Source of the DNA: the human T2T-CHM13v2.0 reference genome, Homo sapiens | NCBI RefSeq assembly: GCF_009914755.1 | Contig: NC_060925.1 | DNA length: 64,000 nucleotides | Reading direction: 5' to 3' (one strand) | The notes under the pieces: model-generated | The model's input: only the letters and a program-made list of their open reading frames with translations | The model's database searches: none | Told to the model about the DNA's origin: nothing | Translations under genes and position numbers: made by a program | Part shown: positions 17,866-34,564 of the stretch, piece after piece | How the letters are laid out: each line of letters starts with the position of its first letter | Position numbering within the stretch: position 1 is the first letter of the stretch

Positions 17866-18707
17866 GTCCCAGCTATTCGGGAGGCTGAGGTGGGAGGATC
17901 CGTTGAGCCCAGGGGTTCCAGGCAACGGTGAGCCATGATTGCACCACTGCCTGGGCCACAGGGAGAAACAGCCACTCTAAAACAAAAAACCACCTCAAGG
18001 AAGGGAAGGAGAGTCTGCAGGATTCGGCCCATGGGAGAAGATGTGGTCAGCCAAGCCCCCCCTTGGGAGCATGTTCCTTACTTTTATTATAGATTCACTT
18101 CCACCGAGTGGATGTGAATTCTTACCACCTACAAAGTACGACGTTGCCAACACTGATCAAGAGCACAATGGACATTCTCAACGTTCCGCTATTGGTCACC
18201 TGAGGGATAATGACTGCGACAGAGGACTTGATTTCAACTTCAGCACCCTTCTGCCTGCCATACGCTGCTTTTTGAGGGACCCTAGGATGTTTCTGGGAAG
18301 ATGAGCCAATGTTGAGTAGGGGCCTTTCAAAATTTCCTGAAGGCCTGGATGTCCACATCTTCATCGACCTCAGCATCCTCACTTGCCTAAAACAGAAAAG
18401 GGCGCCAAGTCAGTTATTTTCTTTGGCAGGAAAAGGTGCCTTTCTTACCCATTCTCCATGCTCCACAGTTTCAAATGGGACCTTCTCATCAAAACCCGAA
18501 TTTTCTAGTGCGCAGATCCCAGATGCTGTCAGAAAGAGGGGGTTGAACAGCCTGGAGGTGTTCCTCTAGGGGAGTCTTCATCATGGCCTGTTAACAAGGT
18601 GTGTCCACTGTGAGAGAAGGCTCATGTGCCCAGGAGAGCACCTCACCACCACCTTGGGGACTATGTTTAAGTGAGGTTGTTCCCAGCATCCTATATATAA
18701 TTTTCTT

Positions 18708-19516
<809 letters not shown>

Positions 19517-19757
19517 TGAAACAGAGAGAGACAAGAATGAGAGCCCAGGAGGGTGTGAGGAAGGGAGAAACACGGAGGTGCCATCCTTCGTCTTAGTAGA
19601 GTCCTCCTCCCCTTGGGATGGGGAGTTGGAGTGTGGGGAGCAAGGTCCTGTTTTGTGGCCCTGAATATTGAGGAGTCTACATCAATCACTGATTGATCGA
19701 TTCGATCCTCTACTCATTTGCAAAAGGGATTTGTGGCAACCTAAAAGATAGGCTTAT

Positions 19758-20200
19758 GGCCGGGCGCGGTGGCTTACGCCTGTAATCCCAGCACTTTGGG
19801 AGGCCAAGGCAGGCGGATCACGAGGTCAGGAGATCGAGACCATCCTGGCTAACACGGTGAAACCCTGTCTCTACTAAAAATACAAAAAAAAAATAGCTGG
19901 GCATGGTAGCGGGTGCCTGTAGTCCCAGCTACTCAGGAGGCTGAGGTAGGAGAATGGCATGAACCCGGGAGGCGGAGCTTCCAGTGAGCCGAGATCGCAC
20001 CACTGCACTCCAGCCTGGGTGATAGAGCGAGACTTCATCTCAAAAAAAAAAAAAAAAAAAAAAAAGATAGGCTTAGGCTTGGCCTGACATGGTGGCTCAC
20101 GCCTGTAACTCCAGTACTTTGGGAGGCCATGGCAGGAGAATCGCTTGAGCCCAGAAGTTTGAGACCAGCCTGGGGAATGAACAAGACACCATCTCTACCA
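19758..20200 (+). mobile_element. AluY-like element (19758-20065, TSD aaaagataggctta) followed by a FLAM/left monomer
   Basis: AluY-type diagnostics, long A-tail, TSD. Confidence 0.9.
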
Positions 20201-20460
20201 ATGAACAGATAAGCTTTTTTTAATCCAAAAAATAAGAGGTTGGCTATAATTCCTCACAGTTAATAGAATGGGTTTAATAGGAAAGGAAAGAAGGTCATGG
20301 CTAGAAAGTAGACACAAATATGTAACCACGGGAGCCAGTGCGTGAGAGCCGTGCTCCTGTGATGGCGTCTACTTTGCCCAGCTGTGGCAGCTCTGGCAAA
20401 ATGAGGAACCAGTCAGCTGGGTGATTCTTATTATGAGGAAAGAGGTGCAAACCAACATAG

Positions 20461-20703
<243 letters not shown>

Positions 20704-21366
20704 CCCCGCTCCAGCTCGGCACTGTGCCTGTGACAGTGACATTCACAGGCAAAACGCCCACCATTCTCACTAAGCTCAAATAACCCACAAAAGCAGGATA
20801 TGCAAATCATGGGTGCAACCTGGCAGCGTGGAGTGTCATAGAAACACATTTTCTTGGGGACGCAGGGAATGGGTCCACGGGCCATGCTCACAGCTGCCAC
20901 TGTCAGTGGCAAAGGAAGGTACGTGTGTCACCCTTATTCCACCCAGACATTACGAACACTCCCCAAGAAGGACCTTTCTCAAGGGAGTCAGCATTCGGGC
21001 TTCATGTCTATGTTTCCTGCCATCTGTTTTCAAAGCTTGTCTTTTTTTGGAGGGAGAGGAAGGTAGACTTTGAGACTGGCCTCCTGAGAGCGGCAGTCAG
21101 GAGCTGCGCTGTAATCCCACGCCCCGGGTGTTGGCCCTCCGTGGGGACCTTGCCTCCTCAGAGTCCCGAGATTGCAGATTCTCATCATGCTGAGAAAGTT
21201 ATCTTTTAGCTTCTTGGTCCTAGAGTCTTTAGTAGCACCTGCCACTTGCAGACCCAATGCAGGATTGATAGAAAGGGACATTAATCATTCATGCTTGACT
21301 TTTGCCTCTCTCACTGAAGTGTTAGAACCTTTTAAAATGGCTTCCTTTATTAATCAGCCAATTGTG

Positions 21367-21570
21367 TTCTCTCTCTCTCTTCCTCCATCCTTCATTTCTT
21401 CTCCCTCCCTCCTTCTCTTTCTCTCTTCTTCTCTCTCTCCTTCCTTCCCTCCTTTGCTCTCTCTTTCTTCCTTTCCTCCTTCTCTCTTACTTTCCTCCAT
21501 CCCTGCCTCTTTCTTCCCTCTTTCGCTCTCTTTCCCTCCCTCCTTCTCTCTCTCTCTCACACACACACAG
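21367..21570 (+). repeat. Pyrimidine-rich (CT/CCTT) low-complexity tract ending in (CA)n, within the TRIM67 3'UTR
   Basis: About 200 nt almost entirely C/T. Confidence 0.9.
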
Positions 21571-24437
21571 GCATGACAGTCTCCTAAAATTAATTCACTC
21601 AGTTCTTAGTTCTTAAATCCACGTGAAAACACAAGAATTTTAACAACTATGTCATAGGTCTTCGCCTGGTGATGGCTCCTTTCTGAAACTGGCAGCCCAA
21701 GAAGTTAACTGAAAATGCATCCAGATTGCTCTTCTGAGCTGAACCACTCTCAGACTCATAAGCATTTAAAATGGGAGACCCTGGGAAAGCCTGTTCTAGT
21801 CAGTCCACCCTATTGTCATTATGAAAGCATCATGAACACAAGTGGCCCCTGTGGCAGGCCGGGACGGCTCTGCCCTGATGCAGTGGGCGGGATCTCTGGG
21901 GAAGGCAGGAAATAGAAGGGCAGTATCAGGTACCTTGTCTCCCAGCTTCCCACTGTGAGACTGGGTGTGCCGAGTCTGACCTGCCAGGGCAGGACTCTGG
22001 AAACACCAGGCTTCTCCCTTGAGATCCACATTGATTCATCCACACCTCTCAGAGACAGCTCATGGCAGGGGTTTTGAGCCTGCCAGGCTCTTGTTCCCAG
22101 GGAACCCTTCCTCTCCTCCCTCCTCTCATCTTCCCAGTCACCTGCCACCTCCAGCTCCACCTGGTAGTAACATTTCTCTCTCCTTTTAAAAAGAATATAT
22201 TTTGTCAAGCATTTTATTTCTGAGGCTGAGAAGTGACTTGTCAATTTGCTGGACTGGATTTTTATAAAATTCGCCCATTCACCAGCACCAACTGTGCGTC
22301 CTTGGTTCTGCCTTCCTGTTCAGACACCGCGCCTGCTTTCTGAGTAACTGCCTGCCGGAGCCATGCAGGTACCCCCCCTCCACTCAGCAGGCCCGACAAT
22401 CCTACCTCAAAGCTCATGCTCTTGGTCTGCAAGGCTGCTTGGTCCGCTGTCTCTGCAGATGTGGCCGGCAAGGCCAGCTGCCCCGTCTCCAGGAGCTGCT
22501 CGGTGCTGTGTTGCAGTCTCTGCTGCGGAGCCTGGGAGCTATCTGCTTCATGGAAGTCTAGGTCTTGCCTCTTCCTTGTCATCTCACCAAGCGGTTTCTG
22601 GGTCTCCTCCTCCCATCCCAGAGCCCTGTCCAGAGCTCTTGGTGGTGACACACAAGACCTGGGACCCTGTGTCCTTGCCCGCACCTCTGCCTCTGTCTCC
22701 CATATCCCTGCAGCTTCATCCTTAGCCATAGCTCTGGGTGGCCTTTGCTTGGAGCATGGAGACGATCCCTAAAGATTGAGGATGAAGAGGAGCCACCACT
22801 TTCCTGGGGCCAAGGAAGCCATCAGCTTTGGGAAGTGTCTAGCTCTCTTCTGAAAAAAAAACAGGCCTACACCCTGCCCCCAGAATGAGAGTGGGCTAGG
22901 CAGGGCTGCCTGGTGACAGCAGCTTCTCACAGGGGAGCCCTGGGGAAGGCTGTGGAGCCTCCACCATCACCACAGCCCAGGTCACCAGGTGGCCCCAGCT
23001 CTGCAGAAGAATCGCCCATCATTGGAGCACAAGTTGCCTGGGGCTACCCTGAACCTAACCCCTTTGAGGGAGCAGCATCCAGGTCAGGAGAGAAGTGGAA
23101 AGTGCAGGAGGGTAATGCCCTCAAATCCGGTGGCCTCTTTCAGAAAAAAGTTCCCTGAAGTCCAGAGAGGTGCAGCCAGGACTCCCTCCTCCCCACTGCC
23201 ACCCTGAGCTTGGGGGCTGGGATTCTCCCTTTTCTGACTCCTCCAGGAGCCCAGAAGCAATACGGCCGATGCCAGGGACAGCATCCAGCTCTCCTTCACA
23301 GACACCTCTCCTGTCTTCAGCACAAAACACCTTCAATGTTCTGACTTCAAAGAGAACGACAGGTCCGTGCCACACACTTGTGTTTTTGAGGGATCAGAAA
23401 AGTGAAGAAGGAACTTATCAATTCCTCATGGCCAGGAAGGTCCCGGGTTTCAGAGTAGAAATGACAGACAGGTCATGGAATTCTCATCCACCATCGAATT
23501 CCATAACACGTTACATCATGGTGGCACATTTGTACATACATATAAATGATATCAAGATGAGGCTTTTGTTGGGCTGGCTGAGGAGTAACTTGGTGTAAAT
23601 CTATCAAGCAGTTTCAGTGAAAAAGGAATTCAAAGTAGTTTAAAAATGTCGAGTTCCATTGCATTGTAAATAGTGCCTCTGTAATGTGGTTCTGCAGTTG
23701 TTCTTTGCTAGTGAGCAAGCTTGGTCAAAGTGTATGCCTTTTCCTTTTAAAATTAATCTCTTCCGAAAATATCCACTAGCACCTCACTGCATACATAGCA
23801 TCCCAGCTCCTAATTCAAAGCAGGGGAAGGTATTTCCCCAAAGCCTGCTTTTCCTCTCTCTGTTCTCCTTGGGAAAATAATGATTCCAATTAAAGAGGAC
23901 ACCAGTAATACTGACCCACAAGGTAACTGACCTAAACACTATAAAACTGTATATATTTCCAGGCTGCATCTTCAGCCTGATATGTACTTTGTAGTTGCAA
24001 CAGCGCCCTAGGTGCCCTATGGCCCACCAAGTTTGAGGAGGGTGGTGCTTTCCGGATTGAGCCTGGGCAGGCTCTGTGGAGCTCACCAAGAGAGCTGGGG
24101 GCAGGCCCACCCTCCTCTTTGCGCCCTTTCTCTCCCTCTTGGTGCCCCTGCCCTCCGCCCCACCACAGCACTCTCAGGAAAGGATCAGAATGCAGGATCT
24201 TTGTGTATTTCTTCCAGGGATATTTGCATTTAAGCCTTAATTCTCATTGCAAGCGAAAGGCTTGGTCCCCCTGGGAAGGCGGGTTTCGGCACCGGTGGGC
24301 AGGTGGTTCAGTGTCAAGGAGGCTGCTGCTGGTCCCATGGCCACCTGCTGGCTTTGAGGTAGTGAGGGAGGGTCAATCCTTAGGGGGAGTCAACATGTGA
24401 ATGCTAAAGAACACTGCTGCACAGCCCGTGGGGTGGC

Positions 24438-24624
24438 GCCAGGGTTTCTCAACCTCTACTGACATTTTGCGATAGGTTCTGTATGCCGTAGGATGTTTAG
24501 CAACATCCCTGGTCTCTACCCATCATCTGCCAGTAGCAACCCCCAAGTTAGGTGTGACAACCAAAAGTATCTGTCGACATTGCTAGGTATCTCCTGGGGG
24601 CCTCCACAAGTTGAGAACCACCAG
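24438..24624. mobile_element. MER20-like DNA transposon within the TRIM67 3'UTR
   Basis: TIR-like ends gtttctcaacc ... gttgagaacc; internal aggatgtttagcaacatccctgg. Confidence 0.7.
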
Positions 24625-26795
24625 GTTATGCCAGTGGTTTGTCATGCATGGATCTGTAGAGGGACTGTGGCGCTCCGGCTGCTTTGTTCCATAGAAAGCC
24701 TGTATGTGACAAAGCTGCCAGCCTTTATCTTGATACCCAAGCCCAGGATTTTCCATGTGTCTTCAGGGGGCAGGTAGGGGAAAATGGGGTGAGCCACCTC
24801 CAACAGATGCCAACCTGTTGGGTCTTGAATTTTCACTCACTGAAGATGCCCCCTGCCCGCTCCCCACTTCCTAGAAAGCAAAACTCGTTACCTTTGTTTT
24901 CCTTGGCCACATTTTACTGGAAGCAACAGGAACTTCTTAATGGGTTTGTGGCCCTCAATTGGTTTTTAAAAAAATCTAACAGATCTTATTGGCAAATATT
25001 CAAGATGGTGATGCTGGAAAATTTCAGGACTTTTCTTTTGCAAGTGAGCCGGTAGCTGTGTTTGTTGACCACATTCTTTGGCAGTTCCTCCCAGAAGATC
25101 AAAGGATCCTGCAGCTTTAACCTAATATCTAGGCTGTAAAAATATGAGGGCAGGTTTCGGGCAGGATGTATTGATCAGACACCAAGTTCAGCCCTCGGTT
25201 ACTTCCCTCTTTTAACCTGGCTTTAATAGTGATTCATGGTATGAGTGGGGGCCAATCTCTTATCCTTTCTGTGCCTCAGTATCCCCACCTGAAATGAGAC
25301 TAGTCATACTAACCTACCTCCTCTGATGTATTGTGAGGATTATACAATAACATTTTTAAAGAAAAAAAGTGCAGTCTTTCATCTCTGGCATCTAAGCTAA
25401 TGATTCCCATTCAGTGACTCAAACCTGTGGGGGGCGTTCCAGTGTTCTCTGACCAGTGTCTTCCATCCAAGCCTCCTTGTGACCAGGGCAAGGAGCTGCC
25501 TGGCCTCCAGTGGGTAAAATAGACCTTTAAGACAGGTTTCCTATGACCATAGAAAGTAACACCCCATATGTTTCCATTCCCGGCGAGGCCTGTTTGAATG
25601 GCGCTCTGTGTGAGTGCTATGAACAGGCTACCTGTCAGCAGTCTCACTGCGAGGCCTCAAGGCCTCTGTGAGCAGAAGCCCCTTTAAACCAAGGAAGGAC
25701 ACTAACCCAGGCCTCTGCCTTCTTTGTTACCTAAGTTCTGGTATCTAAGGGGTCTCTCATCTCACAGCTTGCCTCCTTTGTTTCGAGGGGTCTCTGCAGT
25801 GTGAATGGGTTTGAAATCCAGTGTGGATAGCACGAAGAGATGCAACTGAGCCGAAGTTTTGAAGGCTGGTTGGGCTAGTGGGTCATCATGTCACTTTCAG
25901 ATGACTGATAACCGCTGGGACTGCTGGGGCTTCACCAGCACGAGCTATGCAGGTTGGGGGAGGCCCTGGCTTTTTCAATGATTGACGTTGACATCAGTCA
26001 GGAGCTGGGAGTTGAGACCTCCAGGGAAGTCTCGTCCGGATCCATCGCTCTTCTCTCAAGGAGCACAGTCCTGGGAAAGGCCTAGGGACCTGTGGGCCGG
26101 TGATGCGGGCACTGCAGACCAGGCCAGGCCCTCGGGTAAAGCTCTGAGGAGAGGCCAAAACCAGGCTTCAGGTTCGGGAAGGTGACTGCTTGCAACTGCA
26201 GTAGCAGGAACATGTCAGGTGCTTACTGGGTGAGACCCAGCCGGGGAAGCCTCTCCAACTCCTCCTAGCCCTGGAAACCAGACACCCAGAGCCCCAGGCT
26301 TTCTCGGCACCCAGAAGAAGTGGGGAGCGGGCAAAGCAGAAAACATTCAATGCATGATGTAGGATTGCTGCGTTGGCACTAAGCTGTTGTATTAAGCATG
26401 AGAGGTGTTTGTTTAACGTTGGCAAAGGGATTTAACAAGAAACAAAAAGCTTCGCGTCCTTGTTTTGACCGTCGACAGAAGTCCAATTTTCTTGCCTTTC
26501 TTTATCCCCATTTCTCCTCCCTCCCCTTCCCCCATCACATCCACTTTCGGTCACTCGTTGTTGGTATTTGGTGGCAGCTCTTGGTCCTATTGCTGTGGAT
26601 GTTCCACTGAAAACACGGGGGGTAGCGGGGAGTGGTAAGGAAAGCAACTTTTTTCTAATTTTTGTATTGGTATCCACAAGCGTTTGTATTTTTTGAATTG
26701 CAAACACTGTGTTTTCTGGTCTTTGGGGGTTAGTTGAACTTTCTGTATTACCTTTTGGAAAACCTGAGTTTTACCACAGTCTTAAGCAGATTTGA

Positions 26796-26801
26796 AATAA
26801 A
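26796..26801 (+). terminator. TRIM67: Polyadenylation signal of TRIM67
   Basis: AATAAA with U-rich upstream context. Confidence 0.72.
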
Positions 26802-26969
26802 TTCTTTTGACACTGCCAACAACAGAAAGACAAGATGTGGTCTGTAATTCCTGCTCCGTGGTCAGGTCTGCCTTTTTCCCAACTGGCCCTGACTGCCCAG
26901 CAGACAGGGCAGAGGCTACAGGAGGGGAGGCCACACGGTCTCTTCCCCCAGTGGGGCTGGGCGTTACTA

Positions 26970-28888
<1,919 letters not shown>

Positions 28889-29041
28889 TTAAGCAAGGGC
28901 AATATCATTAAAAACATGTATATGGCTGCAAAGGTGATGACAACTCTGATAGAAATAACATTCACTTGAATGTGGGCACAAAAGTATGAGTTAAAACCAT
29001 CTGTTACTTAACAGTCACAGGCACATATACTACAAACCTAT

Positions 29042-29047
29042 TTTATT
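29042..29047 (-). terminator. C1orf131: Distal poly(A) signal of C1orf131
   Basis: AATAAA on minus strand (tttatt on plus) ~500 nt after the stop, at the end of an AT-rich UTR. Confidence 0.65.
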
Positions 29048-29541
29048 TATATAACTTCTTATGAAGTAGATTTTGTACACATGGTAGGCTAAAAATTAAA
29101 ACTGCTTTTCCACAAAACTGATAAATTACTAGATTCTTGGTTCTTTCATGATATCATAACATTAAATCATTAAAAATATAAGGCAATTTAATGTAAACTA
29201 CTAGCATTTACAAAACAGTAAAGTTATAAAAAACTGTATTACAAGCAAATGCACCAAATACCAGTGAACATGAAACAGGAGTGAAGTTTGCTGGAGAACA
29301 TTAAAAATCACTTTTCAGTGGGTTCACTTCACATTCATGCTGCACTGGGCCTGACACGTTCAGCACCATGAAGCAGACACTTCGGCAACTAGAAATGTTA
29401 CTTCTGTTTGACTTTTTTTCTAAAATGAAAAAGCAGTCTGTGAAATGCGTGTTAAGAACGATCTATCTAGAGTCGCACAGGGTCCAGGGCCGCTGCAGTT
29501 GACTCAGTTGTTCCCATCCTCGTTTTATTTGACAAAGTACT

Positions 29542-29677
29542 TCATTTGGCCACTCTGGAAGAATTTATTTTCTTGATATCAACTGGGCTCAGAATCAGTG
29601 TTCCATTTTTGAATTTTCCAACCTGTCCAATCCGTCCATTTGACAAAATACTGGGAGCGGACTTCTTTTTGGATTTC
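29542..29677 (-). CDS. C1orf131: C1orf131 terminal coding exon: [44 protein letters not shown]
   Basis: aatgtag acceptor; TGA at 29544-29542; [10 protein letters not shown] motif. Confidence 0.93.
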
Positions 29678-30733
29678 CTACATTTAAAGTAAGAGAAAGG
29701 TACTATAAATAGTCAAGCTTACCAACAAGCATCACAGTACCACCAACCAGGCCACTGCAGTCTGGCCTGCAAACTCCTGGTCGCCTGCCATGCACACCCC
29801 CCACCCCATACGCCTTCCTGTGGTCCCTGAAACATGCTACTGCCTTCCTGCCTCAGGGCCCTTGCACTGGTTTCTTCTGCAAGGAATGTTCTGCTACCAG
29901 CTCTTTCCAGGCTGCCCCTCTTCTTTGTTCAGTTCTCAGCTCCGATGTCACCTCCTCAGACTAATTTCCCAGCTCACCTTCTCCCTGTGGTTTTCCTTCA
30001 CAATGCTCTCTTTCAGCCTCTCTACAATACTTGCCAGTACCTGATATCATCTTACTTATCCATTTGTATGTTTTGGGGTGTTTCTCTCCCTACAATGAAG
30101 CTCCTCAAGGGCAGGGATATCTTTAGTGTGATTACAGCTGTACACCAATACCTAAGACACCCACATGCCTGGCACAAAGAGGCATTCAACAGATACAGAT
30201 CGGTGGCCAGAACAAATGACCATTTTACAGCATGTACAAGTGCACTAGGAGCCCAAGAAAACAGGCTAAGACAAAAAGAGTCCATTCTGAAACAGTAACT
30301 CAAAGACAGAGAAAAAGGCATTTGAACAAAAGCTAACAAACAAGTATAAAGCAACAAAGTCAACATCCCTTATTCATAATTACGGTGCTCTATCTTACGT
30401 GGTATGTCAAAGAGCAGGCTATACAGACCCAGACTACGCTGCTGTAGCAGCACTCTTAGAAGTCTTTTCTTGGAAATGTAAACTGCAGCTTTTCCACTAG
30501 TCACTTAGAGTGTCGGTGAAAAGTGGAAGATTGGAGAAACTTCCTAATTCAGTTCTCAGGCAGTTGTTTGATCTTGGGCAGTTTACTAAATCCTACTTTG
30601 ACAAGGATAAATGAGAGACAGTGAAGCGCTCTAATGGGCTAGCAACACCACATACATTCAAGGCGTCCTTGTCAGAACTCATCAGTAGGTTCATCCAGAT
30701 TGTTCAACCCCAGGACCTGATAAAATCACTCAC

Positions 30734-30786
30734 CTGTCCTCCTGTCCTTTCCTCTTCTTTTTCTTGAAAATATCTGTTTCTTGGGC
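30734..30786 (-). CDS. C1orf131: C1orf131 coding exon 6: AQETDIFKKKKRKGQED(R)
   Basis: aatcag acceptor, gtgagt donor; 53 nt, phase 0/2; basic NLS-like run. Confidence 0.9.
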
Positions 30787-30953
30787 CTGATTTCAGAATT
30801 TAAGATCATATACATATTAGTAGTGGATAATGGGATTCAAACAAAAGGCAAGAGGTTTGTGACCAAAAGTCATTGAGATACCATTTTTAACATTTCTTTC
30901 AAGTGGGCATATTAAACATAACAGTCTCAAAGTTTTACCCTAAAACCCTTTCA

Positions 30954-31289
<336 letters not shown>

Positions 31290-31337
31290 CTAAGTATAGA
31301 AGAAAGATCAAAGTAGCCTGCATTATTGGAACAGGAT

Positions 31338-31784
31338 TGCTATAGTTTGGATAGCTGACCCTCCAAACCTCAGGTTGAAATTTGATCCCAACATTAGAGA
31401 CGGGACCTAGTGGGAGGTGTTTGGGTCATGGCAATGGATCCCTCATGAATGGCTTGGTGCTGTCCTCATGGTAATGAGTGAGTTCTCCCTCTGTTACTTC
31501 CCACTTCCCATGAGAGCTGTTTGTTAAAAAGAGCCTGGCACCTCTCCCCACTGCTGCTTCGCTCTTTCATGTCTCGCTCTTGCCATGTGATCTCTGTACA
31601 CATGGGCTTCCCTCTGCCTTCCCTCATGAGCGGAAGCAGCTTCAGATGCTCACCGGAGGCCGAGCAGATGCCAGTGCTATGCTTTCCATGCAGTCTGCAG
31701 AACCATGCTCCAAATCAGCCTCCTTTCTTTATAAATTACGCAGCATCAGGCATTCCTTTACAGCAACAAAAACGGACTAAGACA
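31338..31784 (+). mobile_element. MST-type (ERVL-MaLR) solo LTR
   Basis: Termini tgctatagtttggat ... aacggactaagaca; cctttctttataaattac. Confidence 0.8.
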
Positions 31785-32001
31785 AGGAGTTTGCTATTTC
31801 AAAGCAAATCTTGCATGTAAGTACGCCAGATTACTTGGCTGGTATTACTAAACAGAGCTAACTCGAAGAAATGGGGAGCATGGGATCCTTTAACTCTGGT
31901 GCCTTCATTGCTCTCCAAGCAGCGGCTTCCGGCATTCCACTGTGGCAAAGAGCATCCATCTTCCCATTCTAGTTGAATAAAGGACAGACCATCACACCTA
32001 C

Positions 32002-32088
32002 CAGTCTCTTTTCTTCTTCCTTTGCTGCCTTTTTTTCTTTAATTTGCTCCTGTAAAACCTTGTAATTCACATAACTCTTTTTAGGAGG
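32002..32088 (-). CDS. C1orf131: C1orf131 coding exon 5: [29 protein letters not shown]
   Basis: cattacag acceptor, gtaggt donor; 87 nt. Confidence 0.92.
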
Positions 32089-32235
32089 CTGTAATGAAAG
32101 AACAAAGAAACAAACCATCATATTTTATTCTGCAAAAATGTTCCAGTGTCCCTTGCCCTGACTTGCTCTTAGCTTTCCTTGCTCTTGCTTTTTTTGCATG
32201 TTGTCTAGTGATGAAAGGTAGCAGCAGCCCCTCAC

Positions 32236-32331
32236 CTTAGCGCCCAGCATAATGGCACGTTCCTGTTCCAGGATTCTCTCCTTTCCTTTTCCATAACCCG
32301 TGATACCAAACCGGTGCACTTCTAAACGAGC
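32236..32331 (-). CDS. C1orf131: C1orf131 coding exon 4: [32 protein letters not shown]
   Basis: tccgcag acceptor, gtgagg donor; 96 nt; LGAKP motif of the Faf1/DUF4602-type domain spans the exon 4-5 junction. Confidence 0.93.
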
Positions 32332-32530
32332 CTGCGGACACAAAGCATAATCAGACGCAAGTGCATTCCAACAACTCCAAAGAAAAAAACATACTGCCAG
32401 AAGTAATGCATTTCAGATCCACCGCTCTGTAATGACAGCGTACAGGAATAATAACTCCACTGTCATGTGGTCAAAGGAGCTCTATGGAGGCTCTCCTACC
32501 ATACACCATCTCTCACAACATCTTTCTCCT

Positions 32531-34260
<1,730 letters not shown>

Positions 34261-34412
34261 AACTGTTAATTTTTATAATACCTAACATCTATACTACATA
34301 GTTTGCATGTTATGTTATAAACTTATAATAAATTTAATATAAACATACATTTATAAACAAATACTGTAAATAAAGTTAATTATAAATAATTTAACAATCT
34401 CAAAGTACATAC

Positions 34413-34472
34413 TTTTTCTAGGTTAAATTCTTGTGTATCCACATCTCTCTCCAAAACACTAGGATTAGCCTG
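34413..34472 (-). CDS. C1orf131: C1orf131 coding exon 3: [20 protein letters not shown]
   Basis: ttttttctctcag|cag tandem acceptor, gtatgt donor; 60 nt. Confidence 0.9.
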
Positions 34473-34564
34473 CTGAGAGAAAAAATTCTTATTTAGATCA
34501 TCTGTTACTATATCATTATAGTATCTATCACCGAAAGAGTAGACATGTTTTAAGGAACCTGAAA

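Larger units (their letters stand above)
20704..26820 (+). other. TRIM67: TRIM67 long 3'UTR (~6.1 kb; end approximate)
   Basis: Alu-free stretch after the stop codon ending at AATAAA 26796, followed by GT-rich sequence and an abrupt return of Alus at ~27040. Confidence 0.72.

Noticed and set aside
21819-25055. Several 100-155 aa ORFs in the TRIM67 3'UTR
   Set aside because: Overlapping on both strands in GC-rich sequence, with no domain resemblance or splice structure; expected by chance.
29359-29379. TTCAGCACCATG as a REST/RE1 site
   Set aside because: Only the left half-site matches; the GGACAG half is absent.
32089-32235. Short 147-nt (3n) intron of C1orf131 as an in-frame retained intron
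   Set aside because: Contains an in-frame stop (ORF ends at 32125), so retention truncates the protein.
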